DNA from: an uncultured Dehalococcoidia bacterium
GTDB lineage: Bacteria > Chloroflexota > Dehalococcoidia > Lucifugimonadales > UBA1123
NCBI GenBank assembly: GCA_964640295.1
Contig: CAZXFX010000015.1
Coordinates: forward strand, 32-64,031
Direction of reading: 5' to 3'
DNA length: 64,000 nt
A program made the translations under genes and the position numbers. Under the pieces are notes generated by a model. It was not told where the DNA came from. It made no database searches and saw only the letters and a list, made by a program, of their open reading frames with translations. This document shows positions 1-8,263 of this stretch, in pieces (the first letter of the stretch is position 1; every line of letters starts with the position of its first letter).

Positions 1-14
1 TACAGGCGACATAT

Positions 15-58
15 CCCACCTGAAGCCCACCTGAAGACACCTGCAGGCCGCCTGCAGG
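15..58. repeat. Four tandem 11-nt units (CCCACCTGAAG x2, ACACCTGCAGG, CCGCCTGCAGG); possibly truncated by the window edge
   Basis: Read directly. Heptamer core CCACCTG starts at 16, 27, 37 and 48 (spacing 11, 10, 11). The 8-bp palindrome CCTGCAGG is at 40-47 and 51-58. Related array at 29776-29877. Confidence 0.8.
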
Positions 59-158
59 CTCGCCAGAACTCTATAAACCAGAATATATTCCTGGCTAATT
101 CCGCATAAGCCTGGTCGGGCGCCATGCCTCGCCCCAAAGTCCCTACCCACTATGTGGC

Positions 159-266
159 CTCACAAGGGTGGGTAAATCAAAAACCCGTTCGCCCTGAGCT
201 TGTCGAAGGGCCTTTTGAAGGGCCTGCCAGCCAGTTCGCAGCCATCTTGTAGAAACCGAATGACCC
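159..266. repeat. Composite REP-like intergenic repeat (CTCACAAGGGTGGGTAAA + CCGTTCGCCCTGAGCTTGTCGAAGGG + CAGTTCGCAGCCATCTTGTAGAAACCGAA)
   Basis: Sub-blocks recur at 7327-7440, 14536-14560, 24994-25075, 29528-29600 and 39278-39295 (inverted), with a diverged copy at 1501-1530. The overlapping ORF 160..405(-) translates it as FDKLRANG. Confidence 0.8.
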
Positions 267-383
267 TATCAGGAAGAAGTAGAGGTTGCGACACTCTGTA
301 CGCGCTATCATGGTATCCTACCGGAGGAAGCGCTTGATTCTTAGCGTACAACACCCCAACAGTCTTTATAGGAGGCAATCCAA

Positions 384-707
384 ATGGCGCAAGCGAACAC
401 ACCACAGCCCCCGTACTACGCGGCGATTTTCTCCTCGACTCACACAGGAAATCACCAAGGCTACGCCGAGGACACCGAAACTGTACTCGAGTTGGCGAAG
501 CGGCATCCCGGCTTTCTGGGCATCGAGGCAGCCGGCGATGACGACCTGAGCATTGCCGTGTCGTACTGGGAAAGCGACGAGGCGATAAGAGCGTTCAAGC
601 AACTCGCGGAGCATCTCATCATACAAGAGCGTGGCCGCGACAATTACTACAGGAGCTACAAGGTGCGTGTGGCGAGAGTGGAACGCGACTACGGCTTCGA
701 GGCGTAG
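384..707 (+). CDS. ABM-domain (antibiotic biosynthesis monooxygenase-like) protein
   Basis: 107 aa. Segment GFLGIEAAGDDDLSIAVSYWESDEAIRAFK is typical of the ABM ferredoxin-like fold. AGGAGG at 370-375, 8 nt before the ATG. Confidence 0.7.
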   Translation: MAQANTPQPPYYAAIFSSTHTGNHQGYAEDTETVLELAKRHPGFLGIEAAGDDDLSIAVSYWESDEAIRAFKQLAEHLIIQERGRDNYYRSYKVRVARVERDYGFEA

Positions 708-843
708 CGCGAAACTCAGGCCGCTCTTCGACTCCGGACAGGTAAATTCGCAATCTACCCTATCGCCTTCCCAGACGGTTGGAAACAGACGCGTCAATTG
801 GCATACGTGGACGGGAGCGACTCGCCTGATTTCGGCAGAGTCG

Positions 844-1404
844 TCACCCGCCCAATATACCTCGCAGCGCCTCTTCCCAGTACTGCCACAGCCACTGAAT
901 GCCAACCGCAGCCGCTATGAGCGCGACCAACGCCGCCGCCAATCGTAGCCGCCAACGCCGTCTCCTCTTCTTCTTCGCTGGCGCCCTTCTCGAACCGCGC
1001 CTGTAGTCCCACGGACGTATCTGCGCCTCTCCCGACTTCCAAATCCCTCGCCGTCTCCTCTTTGCCCGAGCCTCCGATTCGTCAATCCCGTCCAGCCTCC
1101 CATATCTCTGGTACGAATACGCCAACCCCGACTCCACTATCTTGTGATTCAAAGACTTCTTCCTATTTCCGCGATGAACCACACCAACAACGCGCCCGTA
1201 GCGGTCAATATCAACAGTGTCCAAACGAAACGATCCGCGCGCCATCTTTCGCATCGCGTCTCTCGCTTCTTTGCCGTATGGCTGGGACAACTCAGGCGCG
1301 TCTATGGCGTATAGGCGCACGGGAAACGGCTTAGGTTTCCTCAGGAAAGCGAACCACACTCGCTCTTCCACTACCAGCGAATCTCCGTCCACAACTCTGT
1401 CCAC
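844..1404 (-). CDS. Thermonuclease (SNase-like) family nuclease with polybasic stretch and C-terminal TM helix
   Basis: VRLYAIDAPELSQPYGKEARD and GLAYSYQRY resemble staphylococcal nuclease motifs. C-terminus has KKKRRRRWR followed by hydrophobic LRLAAALVALIAAAVGIQWLW. Confidence 0.75.
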   Translation of the reverse strand: MDRVVDGDSLVVEERVWFAFLRKPKPFPVRLYAIDAPELSQPYGKEARDAMRKMARGSFRLDTVDIDRYGRVVGVVHRGNRKKSLNHKIVESGLAYSYQRYGRLDGIDESEARAKRRRRGIWKSGEAQIRPWDYRRGSRRAPAKKKRRRRWRLRLAAALVALIAAAVGIQWLWQYWEEALRGILGG

Positions 1405-1620
1405 CCGAATCTTAATTTCGCAACTCCTCCCTTTCAGTCCTCAGACTGAACCGTGACCATACCTCGGACACCCCCCAGGCGCTTTTTGATTATCTGAGAA
1501 CCGCTTGTCCCGCGCTTGTCGAAGGGCGCGCTGACCTACTATGCGCCTACCCCTCTCAGCCTCTCGATGGGGATGATGCGCAGAGAGTAGATAGACTGTC
1601 AATTCAAAAGTATTGGACCA

Positions 1621-2484
1621 CTAGACATCAATCGAACGTTGAATTAAATCTCGAGCGCGCCGCAGTGTGGGAGGGCTGTCATCGGGCAGCGCCTGTCCCA
1701 TCGCAATATCGAGCCTGCCTGTCCCACTGGAAATAAATGTTCCTTCCACTGGCGCGGCGTATGTATAGTCAGGGCCAATGGCAAACTTGATGATGTCGCT
1801 GTCCTCGCACAGCCACCGCCCCCTCGTCGGGTCGGCCGGAAGCCAGCCATGTATCGGGTGAAGGTACTCTATCCAAGCGTGAGTCTCGCCTGGCTGAGTA
1901 ATCAGCAGTCCCGAAACATATCTCGTAGGTATTCCGAGCGCCCTCAAAAGAGCGATTGCCAAGTGTGTCATATCCTGACACACCCCCCTCCGAGTAACGA
2001 GGATGTTCTCAGCCGGCGTAGCCACCGTTGTCCATCCGCGTTCATACTCTATATTGCCGTACACCCAGTCCACCACCGCCGAGACGGTTTCGAGCAGGCT
2101 CGCGCGCTTTCCCGCTATTTCTCTAGCTTCTCCGACCACATTGGAAGGCCTGACCAGCGGCGAATCCGCCAGAAATCGGTTCGCATCCTCACCCAACTCA
2201 ATGGAATCCAAAGATATATCGCCAACATACGGCAACTTTCTCAGGCTAACGCTACCCGCTGACAGAACCACGAATTCTCGATGCGGCTCAGTCATACGCG
2301 CATAATGAGTAGAATTCCCAAAACCATCTACGAACTGCGTCGGCGCAGAACGCGGTTCGGTCGCAACCTCAGACGCCAAGGGGGTCTGATAAGCGTCCCG
2401 ATACGCCGAGACCCTCAGGAGATTGTTATTTTGAGTAACGATGTCCGTGTAGATATATCTGGCTGCGTAAGCGAAGTTGGGCAT
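1621..2484 (-). CDS. Transglutaminase-like family protein
   Basis: Cys-His-Asp core motifs RRGVCQDMTHLAIALLRALGIPTRYVSG, HAWIEY and ADPT. Confidence 0.8.
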   Translation of the reverse strand: MPNFAYAARYIYTDIVTQNNNLLRVSAYRDAYQTPLASEVATEPRSAPTQFVDGFGNSTHYARMTEPHREFVVLSAGSVSLRKLPYVGDISLDSIELGEDANRFLADSPLVRPSNVVGEAREIAGKRASLLETVSAVVDWVYGNIEYERGWTTVATPAENILVTRRGVCQDMTHLAIALLRALGIPTRYVSGLLITQPGETHAWIEYLHPIHGWLPADPTRGRWLCEDSDIIKFAIGPDYTYAAPVEGTFISSGTGRLDIAMGQALPDDSPPTLRRARDLIQRSIDV

Positions 2485-2686
2485 TGAATAAGCGCAGACG
2501 GCCTGACATTGACGAATAGTGAAATTTTGGAACCGAACTCTTCTCGAAAATAGACCGCGTAGGGCTTCATATTATACTGTGAGTCTGATAACAGTTAAAC
2601 TATGGTTTGCGCCGCGTAAGCGCGCTTTCAAAGTATAAGAGGCGGGCGCCATATATCTCTGTTGTGTCGAAATTCGCAAAGGGAGC

Positions 2687-3484
2687 ATGATTTCGGGCAT
2701 GAACGTAGGCGTCGAACTTTGGAGAGGACGTATAGCTCGAGCGATACTGGTTACCGTCGCGCTCCTGTCGTTCGTCGCGTGCGGCGCTGACAGGGACCTG
2801 CTGGTTTTCGCGGCTACAAGCCTCAGAGAACCGCTCACGGAGGTCAGCGAGCGATATGAGCGCGAGAGCGGCCTAACCGTTGACTTGAGCTTCGGAGCGT
2901 CGCAGTCGGTGGCGCAACAGATAGCGAGCGGCGCGCCTGCGGACGTGTTCGTGTCCGCGGGCCAGGCGCCCGTTCTCTTCCTGGAAGAGAGAGGCTTGGC
3001 GTCCAGCGCCGATTCTGAGCGTTTGCTCGGCAATGAGTTGGTAGTGGTGACTCTCAAGTCGGGAGGCGCCATAGACTCACTGGAAGCTCTAACTTCTGAG
3101 GAGATAGATCGGGTGGCGATGGCGAACCCGGCCATCGCGCCAGCGGGCGCGTATGCGGAAGAGGCGCTCAGAACTGCGGGCGTCTGGGATAGAATTCAGG
3201 ATAAATTGCTGTTCGGAAAGGACGTAAGGGCCGCGATGACTTATGTGGAGGTGGGAAACGCAGACGCGGGCATCGTCTATGGGACGGACGCGCGCAGTTC
3301 GGACTCGCTGAAAGTGGCGCGCGCGGTCGAAGCGAATCTGCATTCTCCCATCGTCTATCCGGCGGTCGCGGTGTCCGATTCTACAAACCAGGCTGGCGCG
3401 TCCGACTACTTGGAGTATCTGTCCTCAGAGGAAGCCATGTCGGTCTTCCGACAATTCGGGTTTTCCGACCCCCCTGTGAAGTGA
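2687..3484 (+). CDS. modA: Molybdate ABC transporter substrate-binding protein
   Basis: N-terminal signal/TM. VFAATSLREPL...LSFGASQSVAQQIASGAPADVFVSAG is typical of ModA. AGGGAG RBS. Followed by modB and modC. Confidence 0.85.
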   Translation: MISGMNVGVELWRGRIARAILVTVALLSFVACGADRDLLVFAATSLREPLTEVSERYERESGLTVDLSFGASQSVAQQIASGAPADVFVSAGQAPVLFLEERGLASSADSERLLGNELVVVTLKSGGAIDSLEALTSEEIDRVAMANPAIAPAGAYAEEALRTAGVWDRIQDKLLFGKDVRAAMTYVEVGNADAGIVYGTDARSSDSLKVARAVEANLHSPIVYPAVAVSDSTNQAGASDYLEYLSSEEAMSVFRQFGFSDPPVK

Positions 3485-3491
3485 AGCGGAT

Positions 3492-4160
3492 TTGTTGCTG
3501 GAAACGACAATCCTCACGGTTCGCGTCGCGGTAGCGGCGACGCTATTGAACCTGCCGCTCGCGCTGGCGCTCGGCTGGCTGGTCGTCAAGAAGCGGGTTA
3601 GGGGCGCTTTCATTCTGGATGTTTTGGCGTCGCTGCCGCTTGCGGTTCCGCCCGTGGTGGTGGGATATTTGCTCCTCTTGACGCTGGGACGTCGAGGGCC
3701 GATAGGTTCGTTTCTGCATAGCGTTTTCGGACTGGAGATAGCGTTCACGTGGGTCGCCGCCGTTCTTGCGGCCGCCGTCGTCTCGTTCCCACTGGTGGCG
3801 CGCGCGACGATGACAGCGATGGAAGATGTTGACGAGAAGCTGGAAAGGTCGGCGCGTACACTGGGCGCGGGCGCGCTGAGGGTGGCGCTCACCATCACCC
3901 TGCCGCTCTCTTATAGAGGCATTCTTGCCGGCGTTCTGCTTGGATTCATTCGCGCGCTGAGTGAATTCGGAGCGACCATCATCGTGGCGGGCAACATACA
4001 GAGCAAAACGCAGACCGTGCCTCTGGCAATATACGACAGCATTCAGCTAGGACGTGACGATGAGACCAGAATTCTGGTTGCGGTTGCGGTCGGATTGGCG
4101 TTGATTACGCTTGCGGCGCACCACTGGCTGTTGACGCGCTCTCGCGGAAGAGGAGCTTAA
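3492..4160 (+). CDS. modB: Molybdate ABC transporter permease
   Basis: Multi-TM protein with EAA-like loop MEDVDEKLERSARTLGAGALRVALTITLP. TTG start. Operon context. Confidence 0.85.
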   Translation: MLLETTILTVRVAVAATLLNLPLALALGWLVVKKRVRGAFILDVLASLPLAVPPVVVGYLLLLTLGRRGPIGSFLHSVFGLEIAFTWVAAVLAAAVVSFPLVARATMTAMEDVDEKLERSARTLGAGALRVALTITLPLSYRGILAGVLLGFIRALSEFGATIIVAGNIQSKTQTVPLAIYDSIQLGRDDETRILVAVAVGLALITLAAHHWLLTRSRGRGA

Positions 4161-4161
4161 C

Positions 4162-5283
4162 CTGCTTATTCCGACGGCGGACAAGACGCGACCGGACCCA
4201 TTCCTGAGGTTCAGGGTTCGGAAGTCATATAAAGATTTCGAGCTGGTTTGCGCCGGGGAGTTTGGACGCGGAGTCACTGCGGTCTTCGGGCCGTCGGGCA
4301 GCGGCAAGACGACGCTTCTCGATTGCTTTTCGGGGATGCTGTCCCCAAACGAAGGCGAAATAGAGGTCGGCGGAACGGTCGTCTATTCATCGTCTGCAAG
4401 GGTCAACGCGCCTCCCGAAAAGCGACGCTTCGGGTATGTGTTTCAACACGGCGCGCTATTTCCGCACATGAGCGCGCGCGCGAACGTCGAATATGGATAT
4501 AAGCTCACTCCGAGGCCGGAGCGTCATTTCGAGCCGGATGCGCTGGCGGAACTATTGGAGATAGGTCATCTGATGGAGCGGGGAGTAGCGAACCTGTCGG
4601 GAGGAGAGAGGCAGAGAGTGGCGCTCGCTCGCGCTCTGGCCACCTCGCCCAGGCTTCTTCTCATGGACGAGCCGCTGGCCTCTCTGGACGCGGCCCGCCG
4701 AGCGTCCATACTGACGCTCTTGAAGAGTGTTTCGGAGGAGCTCGACGTTCCGATGGTCTTCGTGTCTCATTCGCTTTCCGAAGTTCTGGCTCTGGCGCCC
4801 AGAATGTTTGCGCTGGATGGCGGCAGGTCGGTCGCCTACGGGGAAACATCCGAGGTCATCGCCCATCCGGCGGTGGCGCGAATCGCGGATTACGGAACGC
4901 TGGAGAATATCCTGCGAGCGCAGATCGTAGAACTGGACCGCGAGGACGGCACTTCGCGTCTGGCTGTGGGAGACGCGATTCTCACAGGCCCTCCCACTGA
5001 ATCCAAGCCCGGCGAATACGTGTCGGTATCCATACGCTCGGGCGACATAATCCTCAGCCTCGGCGTTCCGCCGCTCACTAGCGCCCGCAACGCAGTTCCA
5101 GCCGTGACTTTGGACACGCGCGAGACGGAAGGGCGGACCCTGGTGTATCTGGACATGGGAGAATCACTGGTGGCGGAGGTGACGCCCGGGTCGGCGCGTC
5201 AATTAGATCTGAAGCGAGGGCGGGACGTTCATCTGGTAATCAAGACCAACAGCATTCGCATCTTTGGGGACGCCGCGCGCTAG
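4162..5283 (+). CDS. modC: Molybdate ABC transporter ATP-binding protein with C-terminal TOBE/MOP-like domain; start codon uncertain
   Basis: Walker A GPSGSGKTT begins at 4288, upstream of the first ATG (4336). Signature LSGGERQRV and Walker B LLLMDEP are present. The frame is open from 4135 with no ATG/GTG/TTG; candidate starts are CTG 4162 or ATT 4168. Confidence 0.8.
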   Translation: MLIPTADKTRPDPFLRFRVRKSYKDFELVCAGEFGRGVTAVFGPSGSGKTTLLDCFSGMLSPNEGEIEVGGTVVYSSSARVNAPPEKRRFGYVFQHGALFPHMSARANVEYGYKLTPRPERHFEPDALAELLEIGHLMERGVANLSGGERQRVALARALATSPRLLLMDEPLASLDAARRASILTLLKSVSEELDVPMVFVSHSLSEVLALAPRMFALDGGRSVAYGETSEVIAHPAVARIADYGTLENILRAQIVELDREDGTSRLAVGDAILTGPPTESKPGEYVSVSIRSGDIILSLGVPPLTSARNAVPAVTLDTRETEGRTLVYLDMGESLVAEVTPGSARQLDLKRGRDVHLVIKTNSIRIFGDAAR

Positions 5284-5954
5284 ACCCCAATCTTCCTGCA
5301 ATCGGCGTCCAATGGGCATTCGGAGCAGAGCGGGCGCGTCTTGCAAATGGACTTGGCGTGTAGAACTATGAGTCCGTGATACTCGTTGTAGAGAGCGACA
5401 TCCGATGGAATGCCTTCGTGGAAGAGAGACTGGAGCGCGGCGTATTTGAGCTTTGGATCAACGAGTCCAATCCTGCCGAATATGCGGCGCGTGTATGCGT
5501 CCACCACGAACGAAAGGCGTCTGAAAGCGTAGAGCATGATGTCGTCGGCGGTCTCGTCTCCGACCCCGTAAACGGACAGCAATTCGGCCCTCAGCGTCTC
5601 GTCGGTCTGAGTGGACATTGCCGTGAAGTCGTCTCCATAGCGTTCGCCGAGATATTCGCACAGCGCGCGCAGCTTTCTGGACTTAGACCTGAAGAAGCCA
5701 GAGGGACGGATAAGTTCCTGAAGCCGCTCCTCCTCTGACTCTCTGATTGCGCTGGGAGACAGCATATCCGACGACTTGAGGTTGTCTATCGCGCGTAGCG
5801 TATTCGTCCATGTGGTTCTCTGCACCAGAATCGCGCCGACCATTACCTCGAACGGAGTGTCGGCGGGCCACCACTTCTGTGGGCCGTGGTGGTCTCGCAG
5901 GCGATGGTATACGCCGGTGAGCGATGTTTCTTTGGGGGCGTTTGTTACGTTCAT
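5280..5954 (-). CDS. Endonuclease III-like HhH-GPD DNA glycosylase with 4Fe-4S cluster loop
   Basis: HhH-GPD region LLSVYGVGDETADDIMLYAF...VVDAYTRR and C-terminal CKTRPLCSECPLDADC. Confidence 0.75.
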   Translation of the reverse strand: MNVTNAPKETSLTGVYHRLRDHHGPQKWWPADTPFEVMVGAILVQRTTWTNTLRAIDNLKSSDMLSPSAIRESEEERLQELIRPSGFFRSKSRKLRALCEYLGERYGDDFTAMSTQTDETLRAELLSVYGVGDETADDIMLYAFRRLSFVVDAYTRRIFGRIGLVDPKLKYAALQSLFHEGIPSDVALYNEYHGLIVLHAKSICKTRPLCSECPLDADCRKIGV

Positions 5955-6129
5955 ATGGTCGCCATTATAAGCTATCTGCGTGGTTGGATTGAAAATTTGA
6001 AGTTAAGCGCAGGATACAGGAAGTTGATATTCTTAGGATACGCGGGTTTTCAATGCGCGTAGCATTCAACAATCGAATGATTTGGCGTTAACAGGTTGCC
6101 GTGCGTCGCGCGGGCAAAGGTGTGAACTA

Positions 6130-7326
6130 ATGATGAACGATAACGATAATGGCGATGACACAAGAAAGAGACTCGTTGACACGGCTCTCTCGCTGCTCCC
6201 ATATATACGGGAAATGGTGGATGAGATAGAGGACGCGCGCCGATTGCCGGACCGACTGACCACCAGGCTCGCTGAAGCCGGCTTCTTTCGGATGACGCTG
6301 GACAGGGAATTGGGTGGACTGGAGGCCGACCCGATTATGGCGGCGCGGGTAGTGGAAACGTTGTCGCGAGTCAGCCCGTCGGTGGGCTGGGTTGTGATGA
6401 TCGTGGCTTCCACGAATTTTTGGGCCGCCCGAACGTTGTCGGACGCAGGAATCGAGGATGTCTTTGGGCGGAGCGCGGAAGCGAGCGCGGTGAACGTGAC
6501 CGGCAACCTGGTCCCTCACGGGCAAGCGACGCGGGCGCAAGGAGGGTGGCGAGTGTCGGGGCGATGGCCTCTCGGCAGCGGCTGCCATCAAGCTCATTGG
6601 ATGGCGAGCGGAGCCTGGCTTCACGACGATGCAGGCCCCATCATGGACGATAATGGCGCAGCCGCCTGGCGGGTGTTCTACGCGCCGATTGGCGCCTGCC
6701 GCATTCTGGATACGTGGCATTCGACCGGTTTGCGCGGCACAGGCAGCCACGATTACATGATGGACGACGTATTCGTTCCCGACCATCTAGTGACGCGCCA
6801 CCCGCTGCGCGCTCCCAACCTTCGCCCCCGTCGCCATTACGCATACAGCGCGGTGGTAATAGCCGCAATGTCGTCCGTGGCATTGGGCGCGGCGCGGGGA
6901 GCGATAGATGGCTTAATCGAGACGTTGAGCGCGAAGACGGAACTGCCGAGTGGGCGTCCTGCGTCGGCCAGGTTCGATAAGCAGGCGGATCTGGGCGCCG
7001 CGGAGGCGCTTGTGGGCAGCGCGCGAGCATACCTGTACGACGTTTTGGAGGAAGTGTGGGATGAGGTTCTTGACGGGGAGACGCTGACTGCGGGGTTGCG
7101 AGCGCGTTTTCGGTTGGCTTGTTCCAACGCATCCATCGCGTCTGTTTCAGCGGTAGACCGGATCTATACGGCCGGTGGAGTTGACTCCATATACGCCTCG
7201 TCGCCTATGGAGCGATTCTTCCGCGACATACATACAGTAGCGGCTCACGTGGCGATGCGTCCCTCGGGGCTGGCCGATGGCGGCGCTCTGCTTTTGGGCC
7301 AGGAACCGAGCGTTCCCGGCTTCTAG
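6130..7326 (+). CDS. Acyl-CoA dehydrogenase-fold (type 2) flavin-dependent oxidoreductase/monooxygenase
   Basis: Length and N-terminal pattern (EEIEDARRLPDRL...AGFFRMTLDRELGG) resemble the ACAD-like hydroxylase family. The ATG at 6130 follows AAGGTG. Confidence 0.6.
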   Translation: MMNDNDNGDDTRKRLVDTALSLLPYIREMVDEIEDARRLPDRLTTRLAEAGFFRMTLDRELGGLEADPIMAARVVETLSRVSPSVGWVVMIVASTNFWAARTLSDAGIEDVFGRSAEASAVNVTGNLVPHGQATRAQGGWRVSGRWPLGSGCHQAHWMASGAWLHDDAGPIMDDNGAAAWRVFYAPIGACRILDTWHSTGLRGTGSHDYMMDDVFVPDHLVTRHPLRAPNLRPRRHYAYSAVVIAAMSSVALGAARGAIDGLIETLSAKTELPSGRPASARFDKQADLGAAEALVGSARAYLYDVLEEVWDEVLDGETLTAGLRARFRLACSNASIASVSAVDRIYTAGGVDSIYASSPMERFFRDIHTVAAHVAMRPSGLADGGALLLGQEPSVPGF

Positions 7327-7440
7327 GCTCACAAGGGCAGGCAAACGTACCAACAGCCTTGCAAAATCCCTTCCCCCTCGACCACTCACAAGGGCAGGTA
7401 AACCCCCAAACCAACCGAAAAAATCCCTTCCCCTTCTCAG
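7327..7440. repeat. Tandem duplication (2 x ~57 nt) of a REP-like unit CTCACAAGGGCAGG(C/T)AAAC...AAAATCCCTTCCCC
   Basis: Units at 7327-7381 and 7384-7440, read directly. Lies between two convergent genes. Same CTCACAAGGG core as at 159, 25016 and 39278(rc). Confidence 0.85.
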
Positions 7441-8120
7441 CGTAGCGGGTCGAGAGCCGCGGCCACTATGAGCTTTTCCATTGCGATGCCCAGCGTCGCG
7501 GCTTCGTTCAGCCGCGAGTGATTGCCCACCGTGGTTATGAATACTACGCCAAGAATTCTTCCTACCCGAAAATCTACCACTGTGGAGGATATGGTCTGCC
7601 CGGAACTGTCATAGGACGCTTTCAGCGCCACCGCCTCGTCGAAGAACCCTTGCGGTTCCAGTTCTTCCACTTCGATCATCCTCTGCCCATTTTCGAGCGC
7701 GACCCCGACATTCTCCCTAAAGTCTTGGAGGAAGATGTCCCGCATCCATCCGGATACGCTCTGTGGCGTGTCAAACAAATGCGCGACGGAGCCGACCACC
7801 ATGTCGACGCCGTCCATGTCCATCCGGGCTTCGGCGGCGAAGAATTCCCTGCCGTATCCCGTTATTCGGCCCGCTTCCATAAATCTCCGCTCCGTAGAGC
7901 CGCTGAATCCATGTTCGGCCAGAAATCGATTGTCCAGTTCACCCTCGCGGAGCTTCGAGAACCCAGTGTATGTGGGCGACAGATCATCTTCTGCGAGAAC
8001 CATGTTGGGTAGATCGTTCTCTCTAAGTTCCATCGTAGCCAGTGAAATCGAGCCCGACACAGACGCCTCCCACGCATTCAAATTCCAGACATTCAAATTG
8101 TTGGCGTCGCGCTCGATCAT
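7437..8120 (-). CDS. Hypothetical protein
   Basis: 227-aa ORF with normal composition. No recognisable motif. Confidence 0.45.
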   Translation of the reverse strand: MIERDANNLNVWNLNAWEASVSGSISLATMELRENDLPNMVLAEDDLSPTYTGFSKLREGELDNRFLAEHGFSGSTERRFMEAGRITGYGREFFAAEARMDMDGVDMVVGSVAHLFDTPQSVSGWMRDIFLQDFRENVGVALENGQRMIEVEELEPQGFFDEAVALKASYDSSGQTISSTVVDFRVGRILGVVFITTVGNHSRLNEAATLGIAMEKLIVAAALDPLR

Positions 8121-8263
8121 GTCAAGGGGCGCCGCTGGCGGAGACGCGCCACTTCTGTTTTTGCGCGCATGAGGAGCGCTATCAATTGTCGCTTGCTGAC
8201 CTGATCGGATTATTCCCGTATAATGGCCTCTAATTCAGACGCGCGACCGGTTTTTGAACAGCT

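Noticed and set aside
160-405. ORFs translating REP-like repeats (160..405-, 14478..14879-, 14313..14570+, 29393..29584+, and the 5' extension of 28382..29632)
   Set aside because: The peptides FDKLRANG, RQAQDER and LSLSKD come from the interspersed repeat, not from genes.
2485-2686. Molybdenum-cofactor riboswitch upstream of modA
   Set aside because: I looked for the conserved Moco-motif elements and found none. Only promoter-like AT-rich sequence is present.
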